A stretch of 63,084 nt of DNA, filler included, from Rhabdomonas costata (taxonomy: Eukaryota): assembly GCA_019059605.1 (NCBI GenBank). It is 44 parts of 44 records of this genome, joined end to end, with 100 filler letters (N's around TTAATTAATTAA, not from the genome) between each part and the next. Parts side by side here need not be neighbours in the genome. Positions count along the whole stretch, not along the records: positions 11,327 to 12,673 come from JAHMHO010018632.1; positions 12,774 to 14,120 come from JAHMHO010018633.1; positions 14,221 to 15,567 come from JAHMHO010018634.1; positions 15,668 to 17,015 come from JAHMHO010018635.1; positions 17,116 to 18,462 come from JAHMHO010018636.1; positions 18,563 to 19,909 come from JAHMHO010018637.1; positions 20,010 to 21,356 come from JAHMHO010018638.1; positions 21,457 to 22,803 come from JAHMHO010018639.1; 36 more parts are not named here. The stretch is one strand, 5' to 3'. The notes beneath the pieces were generated by a model, which was not told the origin of the DNA, did no database searches, and saw only the letters and a list, made by a program, of their open reading frames with translations. Positions within the stretch are counted from its first letter, which is position 1; each line of letters begins with the position of its first letter. A program made the translations under genes and the position numbers. This document shows, piece by piece, positions 12,668 through 24,505 of this stretch.

Positions 12668-12785
12668 ACCCCCNNNNNNNNNNNNNNNNNNNNNNNNNNN
12701 NNNNNNNNNNNNNNNNNTTAATTAATTAANNNNNNNNNNNNNNNNNNNNNNNNNNNNNNNNNNNNNNNNNNNNGTGGTGTGGTAC

Positions 12786-13281
12786 CCTGTTTGCGGGAGT
12801 ACATAGCCGTGCACTCACGGTCGCATGTGGGGCCAGGCGGAGCCCGATGCTCAGGCCTTGCTGCAACCAGAGCAACCATTGCAACCGGTTTCTCTTCAGG
12901 CAGCACAGCCTCGGCACCAGAGGACATCGAAAGATGAGGTTGGGCTGACTCTGCAAGGGTGCTCGGGGACCGGGATTGCACAGTAGTGCGGTTTCCGCTG
13001 TCCCCAGCCGGCATGATGGGAGTGTAGGCAGAGAAAGAAGAGGAGGAGGAGGTTGACGCAAAATGGCGTGGCCCTGTGGTGGCGACCGCTGCTGCGCCAT
13101 CACATCGCGTGGTGGGCTGGGAGGTTACGGTTGTCGCAGAGGATTGAGCAGCAGCAGGCGAGCGCCGGGCAAGGACAGGGGAAAGGGTATGGTTACTGGC
13201 CAAGCTTTTCCCTTGCTTGGGGCGAGCACCCTTGCTCGCCTGAGAGGAGCGCGCAGGAGGCGGTTTTCCTCCTTTGCCGGG
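12786..13281 (-). CDS. Exon of a Ser/Pro/Ala-rich low-complexity protein
   Basis: Open frame bounded on the minus strand by a TTTTGCAG acceptor and a GTACCA donor. Confidence 0.45.
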
Positions 13282-13781
13282 CTGCAAAATGAACCAAAAA
13301 GGGGCAAGCGTACCTCAAGTGGAACCTGGGGAAAATAATTGTGCAGGTGAGACGCTGCACCGTGCTTGCGGGGGGTTGATTTGATTTTGCAGATAATTCT
13401 TAGGAGAGAAGTGAGTAGGCTGGGTTGAGGGGTACCCCTTCTCGCTCCTGTAAGAGCAACTGGACACAAATGCGGGGGTCAGGTGTGAGGTGGCGTATTT
13501 TCAATTCCCGGTAGTAATTACGTGTGAACTCGTGGAACAACGAGGTCATCAACCTCCTGCAAACACAGCTGTCTGACTGAACATCCATCACTAAACAATT
13601 TGCTGCAAACCTCTGACTTTGCTCCCTGTTGCTGGAGGAACAAGTCCAGCCCGCTCTTCATCAAACAATGGTTGTCAAGTAAAGAAAGCGGAGTAGAGTC
13701 AGGGTTGGGAAGCAGACCAAGCTGCGCAGAAAAAGACAAGGCCTGGACAGACAGTCGCAGTAATGCAGGATATAAAGTAAA

Positions 13782-13925
13782 GATAGTTACACCCCAAAAC
13801 AAGGCATGTGATGCATTTCAACCTGGAGTCGTCAGACCCAAGTGTGATTGCCATCGTCTTCAGCAGGATGGTTATGTGGTCTCGCTACTCCCCCTGCCAT
13901 CTTGGCTCGCATCCATATCAAAGAA
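13782..13925. repeat. Dispersed ~150-bp repeat, copy 2
   Basis: Homologous to 3961-4112. Confidence 0.9.
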
Positions 13926-14344
13926 AGGTCTTGTTTTGTGCTACGCGCCGGGTCGAAAAAATTTCCACAGCACGTATCAATAAGCATCAACTTCTACCAA
14001 CACGCACTACCGCAACCTAAAAAATCTCGATTGCACTGCGCAGAGCACACAATACCACATCCAATTTCCACTAATATCCAACATTTATCCACCCCCCCCC
14101 AAAAAAAAATAACCACAACANNNNNNNNNNNNNNNNNNNNNNNNNNNNNNNNNNNNNNNNNNNNTTAATTAATTAANNNNNNNNNNNNNNNNNNNNNNNN
14201 NNNNNNNNNNNNNNNNNNNNGTGTTGGGTGTTTTTGTCTTTACTGTCACTCGTCGCTTTCTTACGCCGGGACGTCGCAGCGAGGCCCAATTACCTAGTAT
14301 CAGCCCTAGTGTCAAGCAGGGGCGAAAGGTAACCCTAGCGGTCG

Positions 14345-15549
14345 TGTAACATTACCCGTATTTCCGCCTATAACGGCTCTTCCTCTGCATCCCGCTTTCC
14401 CCGTCTTGTCCTCATCACGACAGAAGGGTAAGTGTATCCCAGCTAAGACACTCACTGGTCCCCTAGAGTAGGGTGCAAGCGTGAGGGCTGAGGGATGTGA
14501 TCTCTCGAGGGAAAGTTGTCCAGTCAGCTTCGTGCAACGTTGGTGTCATAATGTCCCTTCAACGTTATGGTACAGCGTCAGACCAGGGCGAGGGCAGCTG
14601 GCTGGGGTGGAGTGCGTTCGTTGGTTGGGCTCAGGGAAACAGAGAGTGACATCCACACCATGTGTCGTACCTCGATGCCTGGGGATGGGGTGTATCATGT
14701 GATATGTGTACGGTCCGGTACGGGTGGGTGTCCAACAGTGTGGCCACCCACCTGTGGCAACACCCCACCAGAACCCACCCTTACCTCCAACCTTTAACAA
14801 ACACCGGTAAGATAAACACACACTGATGCACTGTTGCACTCACGCTTGGTGACAGAGGCGACCGATTCAGTGTCAGGTTCTCCCTGGGACAGGTCATTTT
14901 AGCAGCAGCGGGGGTTAGGCAAACTGTGTCAGGTTCTTCTGGGATAGGACATTTTAGAAGCAGTTAAATTTGTTAAACGGCCCCCCTTTTTATAGAGTTA
15001 AGTGGAGGTGGTGAAGAGGGACATCTGGGTCTCAGGATCGCTCCATCACATCTTGGCCTCAGAATGCCAACCCTCATGACAATCATCCCTCAACCCCACC
15101 ATCGTCACTCTCACTCAGGGTAGGGTTGGGAAGTGGCATCGCAGCATCACCAGGCCCATGGTTACCTTCATGCAGAGGTTGGCCTTACTTCGCTACATGC
15201 ATCCTGCCATCATCCATCTCTGGAGTAGGTTCATGCAGTGGTAGGAATGCCAACATGCGGTACCACCACCATCATAGGATTAGGGTCGATAGCATTCACC
15301 CTCTCACGTTGCATGCTGGGATGGTCCAGCGGACCTTCCACTACATGGTTGGCCTGGGACGCATCAGGTCGTACACAACCAGTAGAAGGTCAGGTAGTGC
15401 GAGATTGGCATGAACAAGTGGTCATCATGGGGTGGTCCAACGTTGGGGCATGGTTACCCAGTTAGTATACTGTTACGTGGTTATGTGTAGGGTACCGTGG
15501 TGAGGGTCAATAATGCTCGAGCCTACCAACCGAACACCCACCGCTACCA
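14345..15549 (-). mobile_element. Candidate small non-autonomous LTR element: 3' LTR 14345-14977, PPT 14978-14991, PBS-like 15531-15549
   Basis: TGTAACA...TGTTAAA termini (6/7 inverted match); adjacent minus-strand purine tract AAAAAGGGGGGCCG; minus-strand TGGTAGCGGTGGG near contig end; no ORF; 5' LTR not seen. Confidence 0.45.
14870..14963. repeat. Tandem ~39-bp direct repeat (14870-14908, 14926-14963); core aactgtgtcaggttc also at 1488-1502
   Basis: gtgtcaggttctccctgggacaggtcattttagcagcag vs gtgtcaggttcttctgggataggacattttagaagcag. Confidence 0.8.
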
Positions 15550-16784
15550 GACCTTACACAAAACACANNNNNNNNNNNNNNNNNNNNNNNNNNNNNNNNN
15601 NNNNNNNNNNNTTAATTAATTAANNNNNNNNNNNNNNNNNNNNNNNNNNNNNNNNNNNNNNNNNNNNGTATTTTGGGTCCTCTCTTAGCTGCATTTTCGG
15701 AAATTATCCCTTTTACCACAAGAGGGAGATGTGAATGCCCCCTGGTTTTGCACTTGACATTTTTCAGGGAGTTAGGGGTCGATGCGGAGGTCTGCGGGCT
15801 TTTTTCGAAATGTTTTGGATCGCGCAGCGCATCGGAGTGGCAAACAACAATCAAAGAATGAATAGTGAGGGGAAAGGAGTGAGGCAAAGAGGAGTGACCC
15901 AAATTTTTTGTTTGTTTGTGTGTGGGGGGTGCAACAAGCACTCTGCGAGTAATCTAGAACACACCCAGGGTTCCAGGTGCGTGGTCTTTGCTTCCAGGGT
16001 TGATTGCTCGCGCGGCGCTGCCCTCCATAATGGAAAGAGCCGGGAAGCTCCTTCAGCCCTACTCTTTTCTGACAATTTCGACCCCGCACCTGGGGTGCCG
16101 GCGTCCTCGCAGCTCCACATGGAAGCAAAACCTGTGGAGCTGGACGGTGAACTTTGCCCTGAAGCACGCCAATGGTGTATTTTCTTGCTCTCCTTACCTC
16201 AAGAATCGAGATTTTTTTTTTGCCTTTTTCATAAAACGTTATGATATTGTACCTGTAGAGTTCTGCTCCCTAACACCTCATAGGCGGCCCTTTTTTTACT
16301 TAGACTTTTGATATTTAAATGGTGTCATTGCAACAACTTGTTCTGGGTTCCGCACAAGATGATTGACAACAGAAAACACGAGGCTCACTATGTTACTATG
16401 TTACAGAGGCATAGGTGTAACGAGAAGAGCACAGAGAAAGGCACTAGGAGAGAGATCGACAAAGCCCAAATCCCCACAAGAGACCGAAAGTCAGACAAGG
16501 GCAAAGGACTCGAGCGAGAGAGCGGACACCCCCAGAATGCGGGATATATGGTGAGATACGGAAGTGCGCATCTGCCCAGGAAGCACAGTGCGTGAGAGGG
16601 AGGAAGGCAGCGAAAGAGATGCATGACCTTGCACGCACCCAGACACGACTGCAAATTGAGTAACACAGAATGGGGGGGGGGCTGCCCGGCTTTCCAATAA
16701 CTCGAATGTGCTTTTTGTTCTCACAAATTGGTGCTGCAAGCGAGCGCGCAAAAGTATCTGTCCCCACCAGCTAGTCTATGACAG

Positions 16785-17015
16785 GTAATGTACTCCGACC
16801 AGGAGACGCGTTTCGTGTCCATGGACGTGTCTTTTTCAGGTCGAACCGGTTTAGAATTGGCGCTGATCGACGATGAGCACGTCCTTCACCAGCTCAGCGC
16901 TCCGGATGGCCCTTATATGCGGGCCCTGCGGCAGTTCCCTTACGTCACATTTGTTGCGAACACACACTACGATCACATGGTGCCCTTTTGCAGCGCGGCT
17001 GCTCTACCCCCACAA
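16785..17015 (+). CDS. DUF676/ROG1-like putative lipase (alpha/beta hydrolase), partial
   Basis: GRTGLELALID...LHQL...YMRALRQF...FVANTHYDHMVPFCSAA matches the family pattern GRTG..L.L.D...AL..F....YAN...D..VP; exon may start at 16840 instead. Confidence 0.75.
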
Positions 17016-18181
17016 NNNNNNNNNNNNNNNNNNNNNNNNNNNNNNNNNNNNNNNNNNNNTTAATTAATTAANNNNNNNNNNNNNNNNNNNNNNNNNNNNN
17101 NNNNNNNNNNNNNNNGATAGAGGGGATGGGTTGCTTATGGATGTGGATACAGTGGGGACAGTGGGAATCATGGACGGTGCATTTGCGCCGGATGCCATAT
17201 CTATGGTTCGTTTTGAGCCCGGAGAAGGGACCCCGTGCTCGTTTTTGTAACCCATGTGGGGGGCGGTGGTTTGGTGGTGGAGTCCAGGAGCGATGCCCCA
17301 GCGTAAGCATTTGAGGCGGTTCGCCGCTGTTTTTCATGTCTCGAAAGATGTCGTTCACATTTTTCAGATCCTTGCGGAGAATGGCAGCTGTAGCTTGAGT
17401 GAACTGGCGTTGAATGTTGTGCAGACGGGCACATCGGAGCCCTCTCTTCAGCTTCCTCTCAAAAAAAACTGATGTGTGTGGTGCGGGAACGTGTGATTCC
17501 GTGTCAGGTCTCTCCCTTTCTGCCTTTCTGCACGAAGCGCGTAAGGAGGATTCGATTGGGCTCTGCCCACTCTTGGGCTTAGTCCACAGTTGTCTTCCAA
17601 GAGAATGAGGTGTAATCAGAGGTATTTTCTGATGATCGACGACCTGACTTGGTCGGCTTCTCGTTTGTTTTCTTGGTTTTATCAATTTTTCATGTGTTAT
17701 GCTCTGGCACCCATGGCAGAGCTGTTCGCCTGACTTGCCTGACTCGTTTTTGTTTTTGAAGGTTTTGTTTAAATTTGATAGTTTTTCCCATCCCTGGGGT
17801 GTGATCCCACAGCTCGCTACCCTTGAGGTTATGCTGAGAGGGAACGAAAAGGAAATTTTGCGGTTGACGTGGTGAAGTAGCATATGTGGCATTATAATGT
17901 TGTACATGTCCAGAAATGATTTGAATATTGACAGATATAAGGGCAGGGCGACGCGTCCCGGTCCCTCCTTCGCCGAAAATCCCCTTGCTCCGATTCTTCC
18001 AACCGCCGCTGTCGCTGTCTCTCTGTCCACATTACCATCTTTCTTTCCCTTTCCTGCCAGTTCACAGCCCTTTGTAACCCTTTTTTTCCTTTTCTGGTGC
18101 TCGGAATTGACTTGATGTGTTGCCTGCTTGAACGCAAACCCTCTGGATATTATTCACAATGATTGTGTATTGCCCTCACAG

Positions 18182-18318
18182 GAAGTCTCAATGGTGGGCA
18201 CCAGCTTGTCTTCTGGCGCCACGGAGATCTTCAGCGCTTCCACAACCCCCGCGATGGTCATCTCCGACGCCGTTCGGATCTCCGTTTCCGTGCCCTTCCT
18301 GTTCAAGCCGCACAGCAA
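18182..18318 (+). CDS. Patatin-like phospholipase exon
   Basis: VGTSLSSGATEIFSASTTPAMVISDAVRISVSVPFLFKPH matches the patatin ..T.L..G....FS...TP...IADAVR.S.S.P..F.P block; CAG acceptor. Confidence 0.8.
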
Positions 18319-18801
18319 GTACCTGAAGCTCCCCGGGTCCTGGGGCTCCCCTGCGACATCGGGTGCTGCGGCCCGTCAGAGGCCTACCCCCTCGCGCAGT
18401 GTCTGCCCACCCCCACAGCCCAGCACCCACGAAGGCGAGCTCACTCCGGTCCACCACACCCCNNNNNNNNNNNNNNNNNNNNNNNNNNNNNNNNNNNNNN
18501 NNNNNNTTAATTAATTAANNNNNNNNNNNNNNNNNNNNNNNNNNNNNNNNNNNNNNNNNNNNACTATAGGTTTCCGATATATGTTTTTTTTACCTTGGCT
18601 CAACTAGCTCCAGGTGAGCAGTGCGAACTGAGCAAGGAGAATTAATTGAAGTTCAATTGATTTAAAACAGGTAAACAGGTTTTGCCACCTTTTCTTTTTC
18701 AATTCTTTTTTTTCTGGCAGGATCTTCGTGTGGTTTCCGAGATTTGAAAGGCTGTTGTGTATGTGCATAATTTTTGTGCTGCTTTCTCGTGGCGTCGACA
18801 G

Positions 18802-19909
18802 GACCTGACTTCTGCGGTGGTGAAAGTCTCTCTTCCCCGTCGCGCCTCTATCGCACTGGAGCTGGACATTGCAGGTGCAACAATGTACCATTTAAAGGAA
18901 AAGGGTGGAGTTTTGACAATTTTTAGTTCCACTGCACCACCGCATTAAAATATTGGTCCTTTATTTTGTCCGTGGTGTTGGGACGTTATACGTTTAACAC
19001 GTATGACAGTGAAGCTGTGGCAATAGGGCTTGAATGACGGTGAACAATGCTGGTTGGGGAGGAAAGAACCACGGCTGTCTCCCGTCCCTCTTACATTGAA
19101 CCGGGCAAGGTTTTTCCTGCAACAAAATAAAGTGCAGCAAAATAATGCACAATTGGGGGCATGATTTTGTTTTGCACGGCATCAATTTGATGTGGCTGCA
19201 CATCCACTTCGCTCCGTGTGTTTGCATTTTGAATGTGGGACGATATTTTGCGCCTTGCAAATATGCTTCTTTTTGGTCAATGTGGCTGGTGTGCCAACCG
19301 TTCTTTTCAGGTGGTCACTCCCCTGTGCGAGCTCTTGGACGTACCCGGCGTTCCAGCAGCATATGCTCCGCAGCAACTCCGCGCAGCGCTCGTTCCAAAA
19401 GCATCCCCCAGGTGGAGACCATGCCCATCCTGGCAGCAAGCCTGCGTGGCTCCGCAGCAGCGCCTGAAGCGCAAGACCTCAGGCAGGCCCCACTCCCGGC
19501 CAGGGATCCAAGAAAGCTGCCCTCCCTTGGTTCCGTTTCTTCCCGGTCAAGCGAAGCAAAGATGACCTCCTCGATCGGGTCCCACAGCGCTCGCAGCTCC
19601 TTCTCAGACTTGCTGAGCCCCGCCTCGCTGGAAACCCTTGCCACTCCCACAGCCGCTGGGCAACTCTCGGTGCTGCAGCTTCCCTCTCCGACTGCGCCAG
19701 CTCGCATTCCAAATGAAGACATGTTTCCTCTTTCTCACTTACCGCTGACCTCCTCGGAGACTTTGAGCGGACCGCTGAAGATGAGCTCTATCATCGAGAT
19801 GGCTCGAAAGCCTCCCCTTGAAGTTCCAGAGAACGAGGAAGACGAGAAGCCAGAGTCGGAGACCAGCCCGCGGAGAATCTTCATTTCGCTCAGTCCTTCC
19901 CCAAAAAAA
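18802..19909 (+). CDS. Ser/Pro-rich hypothetical protein, two exons (18802-18874, 19311-19909, truncated)
   Basis: Phase-1 GT-AG intron 18875-19310 joins the frames; long open second exon. Confidence 0.55.
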
Positions 19910-20756
19910 NNNNNNNNNNNNNNNNNNNNNNNNNNNNNNNNNNNNNNNNNNNNTTAATTAATTAANNNNNNNNNNNNNNNNNNNNNNNNNNNNNNNNNNN
20001 NNNNNNNNNTTTTGTGTGTTCGAGATAATCTCTGTGTTGAGAACGGAGGGAAGTAAGGACTCTCGTCAAGGTTCCTGGGGACATTTGTATGGGGGGGTGA
20101 TAAAGGTTTAACGCCGTTAAACGTTTTGTACGTTGTGGATCGACGAAACATTAGTTCAGGGGCACATGGGGGGCCTTGAAAAAACTTGCTATTTATTGGA
20201 GTAAAACGTTTAACCGATCCCCCCCCCCTCAAATTCCCGGCCCAGTGGGCGTTTGTAATTTGTAATTTCCAATTTGATCTGTAATTAGCTATTTCCCTAT
20301 TTTCCTATTAGTGAGCGATGCAAATGACACCGAGGACAGGAATATTTCCACTGCGGGGTTGGGGAACGATTGCCTCCAACAGTGAGATAGAAGTTTCGCA
20401 GGAGGTTTGCATACGGGACATATGCAAGGTGACAGTACTTTTGGAAAGGGAGGGGTACAATGCCCTTTGGATAACTCTCCCCATTTGTGCTCAGCCATCA
20501 ATTTAGGTGCTCCCTGCTTCACGCAATAGTCTTTTGGACGAGGTTTGGGCTTAAATAATTTTTTACTGCACAATCAAGAAGGAAAAGTGTAACCCTTGGT
20601 GACAGTTACCATCGGCAACGGTTGTCCACACACACACACACACTAACTTGAATGGCACCCTGGCACCCGATGCCGCCTAAATGAAACGAATAGTTGCATG
20701 CTGGTGGCCTGCCTCTGAAAAAAGAGGTGCAGGGACAGAGAGACGGGGGGATGTAC

Positions 20757-20859
20757 CTGAGCACGGCTTCAGCAGGGCGGCGAGAAGAACCAGAGCAGCA
20801 AGGACGGCCCCTGTACGGTACCCTGGAGGTGCCCTCTGTTTTGTCCTTTTTGCCGACAT
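20757..20859 (-). CDS. First exon of a secreted/membrane protein (signal peptide)
   Basis: MSAKRTKQRAPPGYRTGAVLAALVLLAALLKPCS followed by GTACAT donor. Confidence 0.5.
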
Positions 20860-21456
20860 GGCAAAAGGCATTGTACGAGAAGTATCCCCGCGGGAGACAA
20901 TGACGAGGGAGAAGAGCTGCACACGCACAAGGGCGAGGTTATCTTCTCCAAATGTTCCAATATCAGTGATCCACTCGCTGTGAAAACTGAGCCAACGTGC
21001 CAAGATACAGCCAGTGGTGATGGATTGCCAGCGCTGGAAAAAAACGGCCTTGCCATTATATATTAGAATTATCTACCCCTTTAAAAGTAAAGATGACTGC
21101 ATATGGAAAGCAGTATGTCTAGCTCCATTTTGCTTGAAATGTACTGAGACGGTTTACCTGACCGTGTGGCCCATCGCCAAAAAAGCGACCAACGTGTAGC
21201 AGTGCCAAACAAAGCATCGCCCACCCCAAGGAAAGTCCCAACCCAGGCTGCTTTCCTCTGAGCGCTCTCCGCGTCGAGCTCAAGGAGGCTCCTTAAGTGG
21301 CCTGTTTTCCATTGCTGGGCTTCTTTTCTGATGAGAACAATGGGTTCCCACAAACANNNNNNNNNNNNNNNNNNNNNNNNNNNNNNNNNNNNNNNNNNNN
21401 TTAATTAATTAANNNNNNNNNNNNNNNNNNNNNNNNNNNNNNNNNNNNNNNNNNNN

Positions 21457-22601
21457 TTTGCGAAGTATGTGCCGCGGGATGTGGTGAAGATGATGCTGAG
21501 CGGAGGAATGAGCTCGAACAACGCGATGGCCCGGCGGAATGTGACGATCATGTTTGCGGACATCGTTGGCATGCCCCTTTTTTCTTGTTTTTGTGCTCGT
21601 ATTAACGGCAGTATTTTGAACCTTGAGCGTTCAAGCCGGTGACCGTTGCCCTTGAGGCGATGCGGGCGCACTGCCCCCCCCCCCCTCTGAGGAAGGAACA
21701 TTTGAACCATTCTCAGAAGGATTGCGGGGAAAGTGAAGAGTTTGATAAGTTGGGTGGACTGGTACACCTGAATCAGAACTGATGTCAAAGTGCCAGTGTT
21801 TGATTGGACGTGGGTTGGATTGGATGTGCCTTTTCACCACCTTTTTCCCTCGCTGCTAGACTCCTTCGTTGTAGAACAACCACCCGCACACCGGTCGGGG
21901 TGGTGGAGCGTCATCATTGCCGTGTGCATTCTTTCTGCTTCTGTAGGATCAAGCTCAAGAAGTTCGGTTAGTTGGTTGCGTTTGTGTGCTCACTTCTCTG
22001 CTGTCAATTTCTCCATTGTGGCTGGTCTTCGTGGTTTTGGGGTTTACTTCGATGTGTGAAAGCACCCCCTCGGAGGTGCTTGTTGACCTCATGGGGGAGT
22101 ACTTTCAGGCGATGTGCGAAGAGATCCTTTCCACCGAAGGAGTTCTTGACAAGGTGGATGGCTGCACGCCATAATTCTGTTCAATTCACTTTTTAACAAA
22201 ACTGTCCATTAAATGAGAGCGCGTTTCGGACTTGAATGGCGAAAGAGGGTCACAAAATGAAAAAGGAACCAATACTCTTATTGGCCCTTTCTACTTCGTT
22301 GCCTTGACGTTTTCCATTTTTTAACGTTGTTGTCATACCAAGCGTACACAACAGTACCAAGCAGGTTCCCAGCGAGTTCCCATTTGTTTGTTGTGTTGAA
22401 CCGCCTGGCGTCTCTCATATTTCCTTTAATTTTGCTGCTGCTGCGCTTTCAGTTCATTGGGGACTGCATCATGGCGTTGTGGAACGCGCCCAGGCGGCTT
22501 CCGGGCCACCGTAGGGCGGCGTGCCGTGCGGCGCTGAGGATGCAGCAGAGGCTGGTGCAACACAACGAGCGGTGGACCCTGGACGGCCTTCCCGAGCTGA
22601 G
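21457..22601 (+). CDS. Class III adenylate/guanylate cyclase catalytic domain, three exons (21457-21568, 22041-22153, 22453-22601)
   Basis: FAKYVP...RNVTIMFADIVG/FTSMCE...LMGEYFQAMCEEILSTEGVLDK/FIGDCIMALWNAP...ACRAALRMQ: both metal-binding Asp motifs and the adenine-selecting Lys (DKFIGD). Confidence 0.95.
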
Positions 22602-22723
22602 GTTTTGCCACAGCTCCGTAGCTTCTTTCTCGATTGCAGTCTCGAACACCTGTCGTTCCAAATTCGGGCTAGCGTGCCGGTGCGGCTTGACATGTTGTTA
22701 ACGGCACGGTGGGGTTGTGGGGT

Positions 22724-22794
22724 TGTATCGTTCGTATTCGACGTATTCAACGTATTCAGCGAATACGTTGAATACGTCGAATACGAACGATACA
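22724..22794. repeat. Perfect 34-bp inverted repeat with 3-nt loop, built of 9-bp CGTATTCRA units
   Basis: tgtatcgttcgtattcgacgtattcaacgtattc-agc-gaatacgttgaatacgtcgaatacgaacgataca. Confidence 0.95.
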
Positions 22795-23129
22795 CCACCA
22801 CACNNNNNNNNNNNNNNNNNNNNNNNNNNNNNNNNNNNNNNNNNNNNTTAATTAATTAANNNNNNNNNNNNNNNNNNNNNNNNNNNNNNNNNNNNNNNNN
22901 NNNGGTGTGGGGGGTTTGCTATCGGCGGCCTATTATTGTTGCCTTCATGGCTGCACTGCGAAGTTGAGCCCGGTCAGTGATTCTTTGGAAGGTCACACCC
23001 AGGGCAATATCTGTGCAACAGCCGCCCACTTCGGGCACTGATGTCCATAAGTGTTATCTCTCGCGCGACTAGCCTTTTGGGCGGCTGTTTTTATTGCAGC
23101 GAGACAAGTCGGCCCATTTTCGCGCTCAG

Positions 23130-24099
23130 GTGCAGAAGCTGCAGCAGGGGAAGTTCCCGGTGGCGCAGGTGCTGGCCTATGCCGGGCTGATTTTCCTGGG
23201 GAAGGCCACGAAGGAGCTGCAGAGCTTGGTGTACCTTAAGGTGAAGCAGACGGCCTTCATTGAGGTCGCTGTGAAGACCTACGAGCACATCCACTCGCTC
23301 TCCATGGAATGGTGTGTCACAAACTGCTGGTGGTGGTGGTGGTGCTCCCAACTGGCATACCTGTCATCTGCTGCCCTGGAAGGCGGTTCCCTCACAGAGT
23401 GTGTTGAATGAGGTGAATGCGAAATCATCGCTTTTGAAGCCTGGTGTAACTAAATTGCCATCTCCCCTTTTTTGTATGCACGCCAAGTCACAGCATCGCA
23501 CGCACGCAGTTGTCAGTGACGGACAGGAAATGTACGAAGGAATGCTCGCACTGGTGTGTAGATGGACGTGCAATCTGCCCCTGCACCGCAGTTCATTGGG
23601 AAGGAAGCGGAACCGACAGCGCAAATGATTTTGGGCCTGCGCAGAAGCACATGAAAGGAAGCAGTTCCTCGAATCGCTTGGGCACTGCCCTCTCAGCACA
23701 AGCGCTGAAAGGGAACAATGGATTTTCTTGTTGCGGATCAGGAATGAAAGTTGTTTTTTGGCCAAAACCTGTGATCGAGAGTTGGGCAGCCAAAATTGGG
23801 TTATGGATGGTGGGTGTTCCATGACTTGCTAAACGAAAGCGGGGCAGGCTTGAGGGTGCCGCGTGCTTAAGCTCACCAAATGCTCATACCGGTGGCAGGC
23901 ACGTGCGGAAGAAGATGGGTCAGGTCCTGCGCAGTCTGGACCGCGGGATCAGCGCCGCGGACAATGTGGTGAACTACCTCTTCCTGGGGCTACTCCCGGC
24001 CTTCGCGGAGTGCTTCGTGACCTTCGCGATCTTCTGGGCTCACTTCCAGCTGCGCGAGCTGGCCGCCCTGGCCTTTCTGTCGCTCATGCTGTACTGCTG
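23130..24099 (+). CDS. ABCB6/HMT1/ATM1-type ABC half-transporter, two TM-domain exons (23130-23311, 23899-24099)
   Basis: Spliced YEHIHSLSMEW/HVRKKMGQVLRSLDRGISA matches the family motif [20 protein letters not shown]..DRG; phase-2 GT-AG intron 23312-23898. Confidence 0.9.
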
Positions 24100-24358
24100 G
24101 TATGCCGCTTGTTTTTTTCACTCTGTTAAGATTCTGTGTGTGTTTATCTCGGTGTGCATGCGTGTTTCTATAGTTGCCGTCATGCAGTTGGCGTGCTTCG
24201 CCACTTTCGGTGATCCTTTGTAGATATGGAAATGCTGTGAGTAATTACCANNNNNNNNNNNNNNNNNNNNNNNNNNNNNNNNNNNNNNNNNNNNTTAATT
24301 AATTAANNNNNNNNNNNNNNNNNNNNNNNNNNNNNNNNNNNNNNNNNNNNGGTTTTGG

Positions 24359-24505
24359 TGCTTTCTCTGTGGGAGGTAAACAAACTTCCACCGAACTCGA
24401 TGTGTGCGTGTTTGCAATAGTGACAGTAGAGAACGTAGAGAACTGATGGAAAACACGCACACATCGAGTTCGGTGGAAGTTTGTTTACCTCCCACAGAGA
24501 AAGCA
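24359..24505. repeat. Perfect 55-bp inverted repeat at contig start
   Basis: 24359-24413 is the reverse complement of 24451-24505. Confidence 0.92.

Noticed and set aside
17116-18030. 320-aa minus-strand ORF
   Set aside because: Composition is not convincingly protein-like over most of its length and it is antisense to intron-like sequence upstream of the patatin exon
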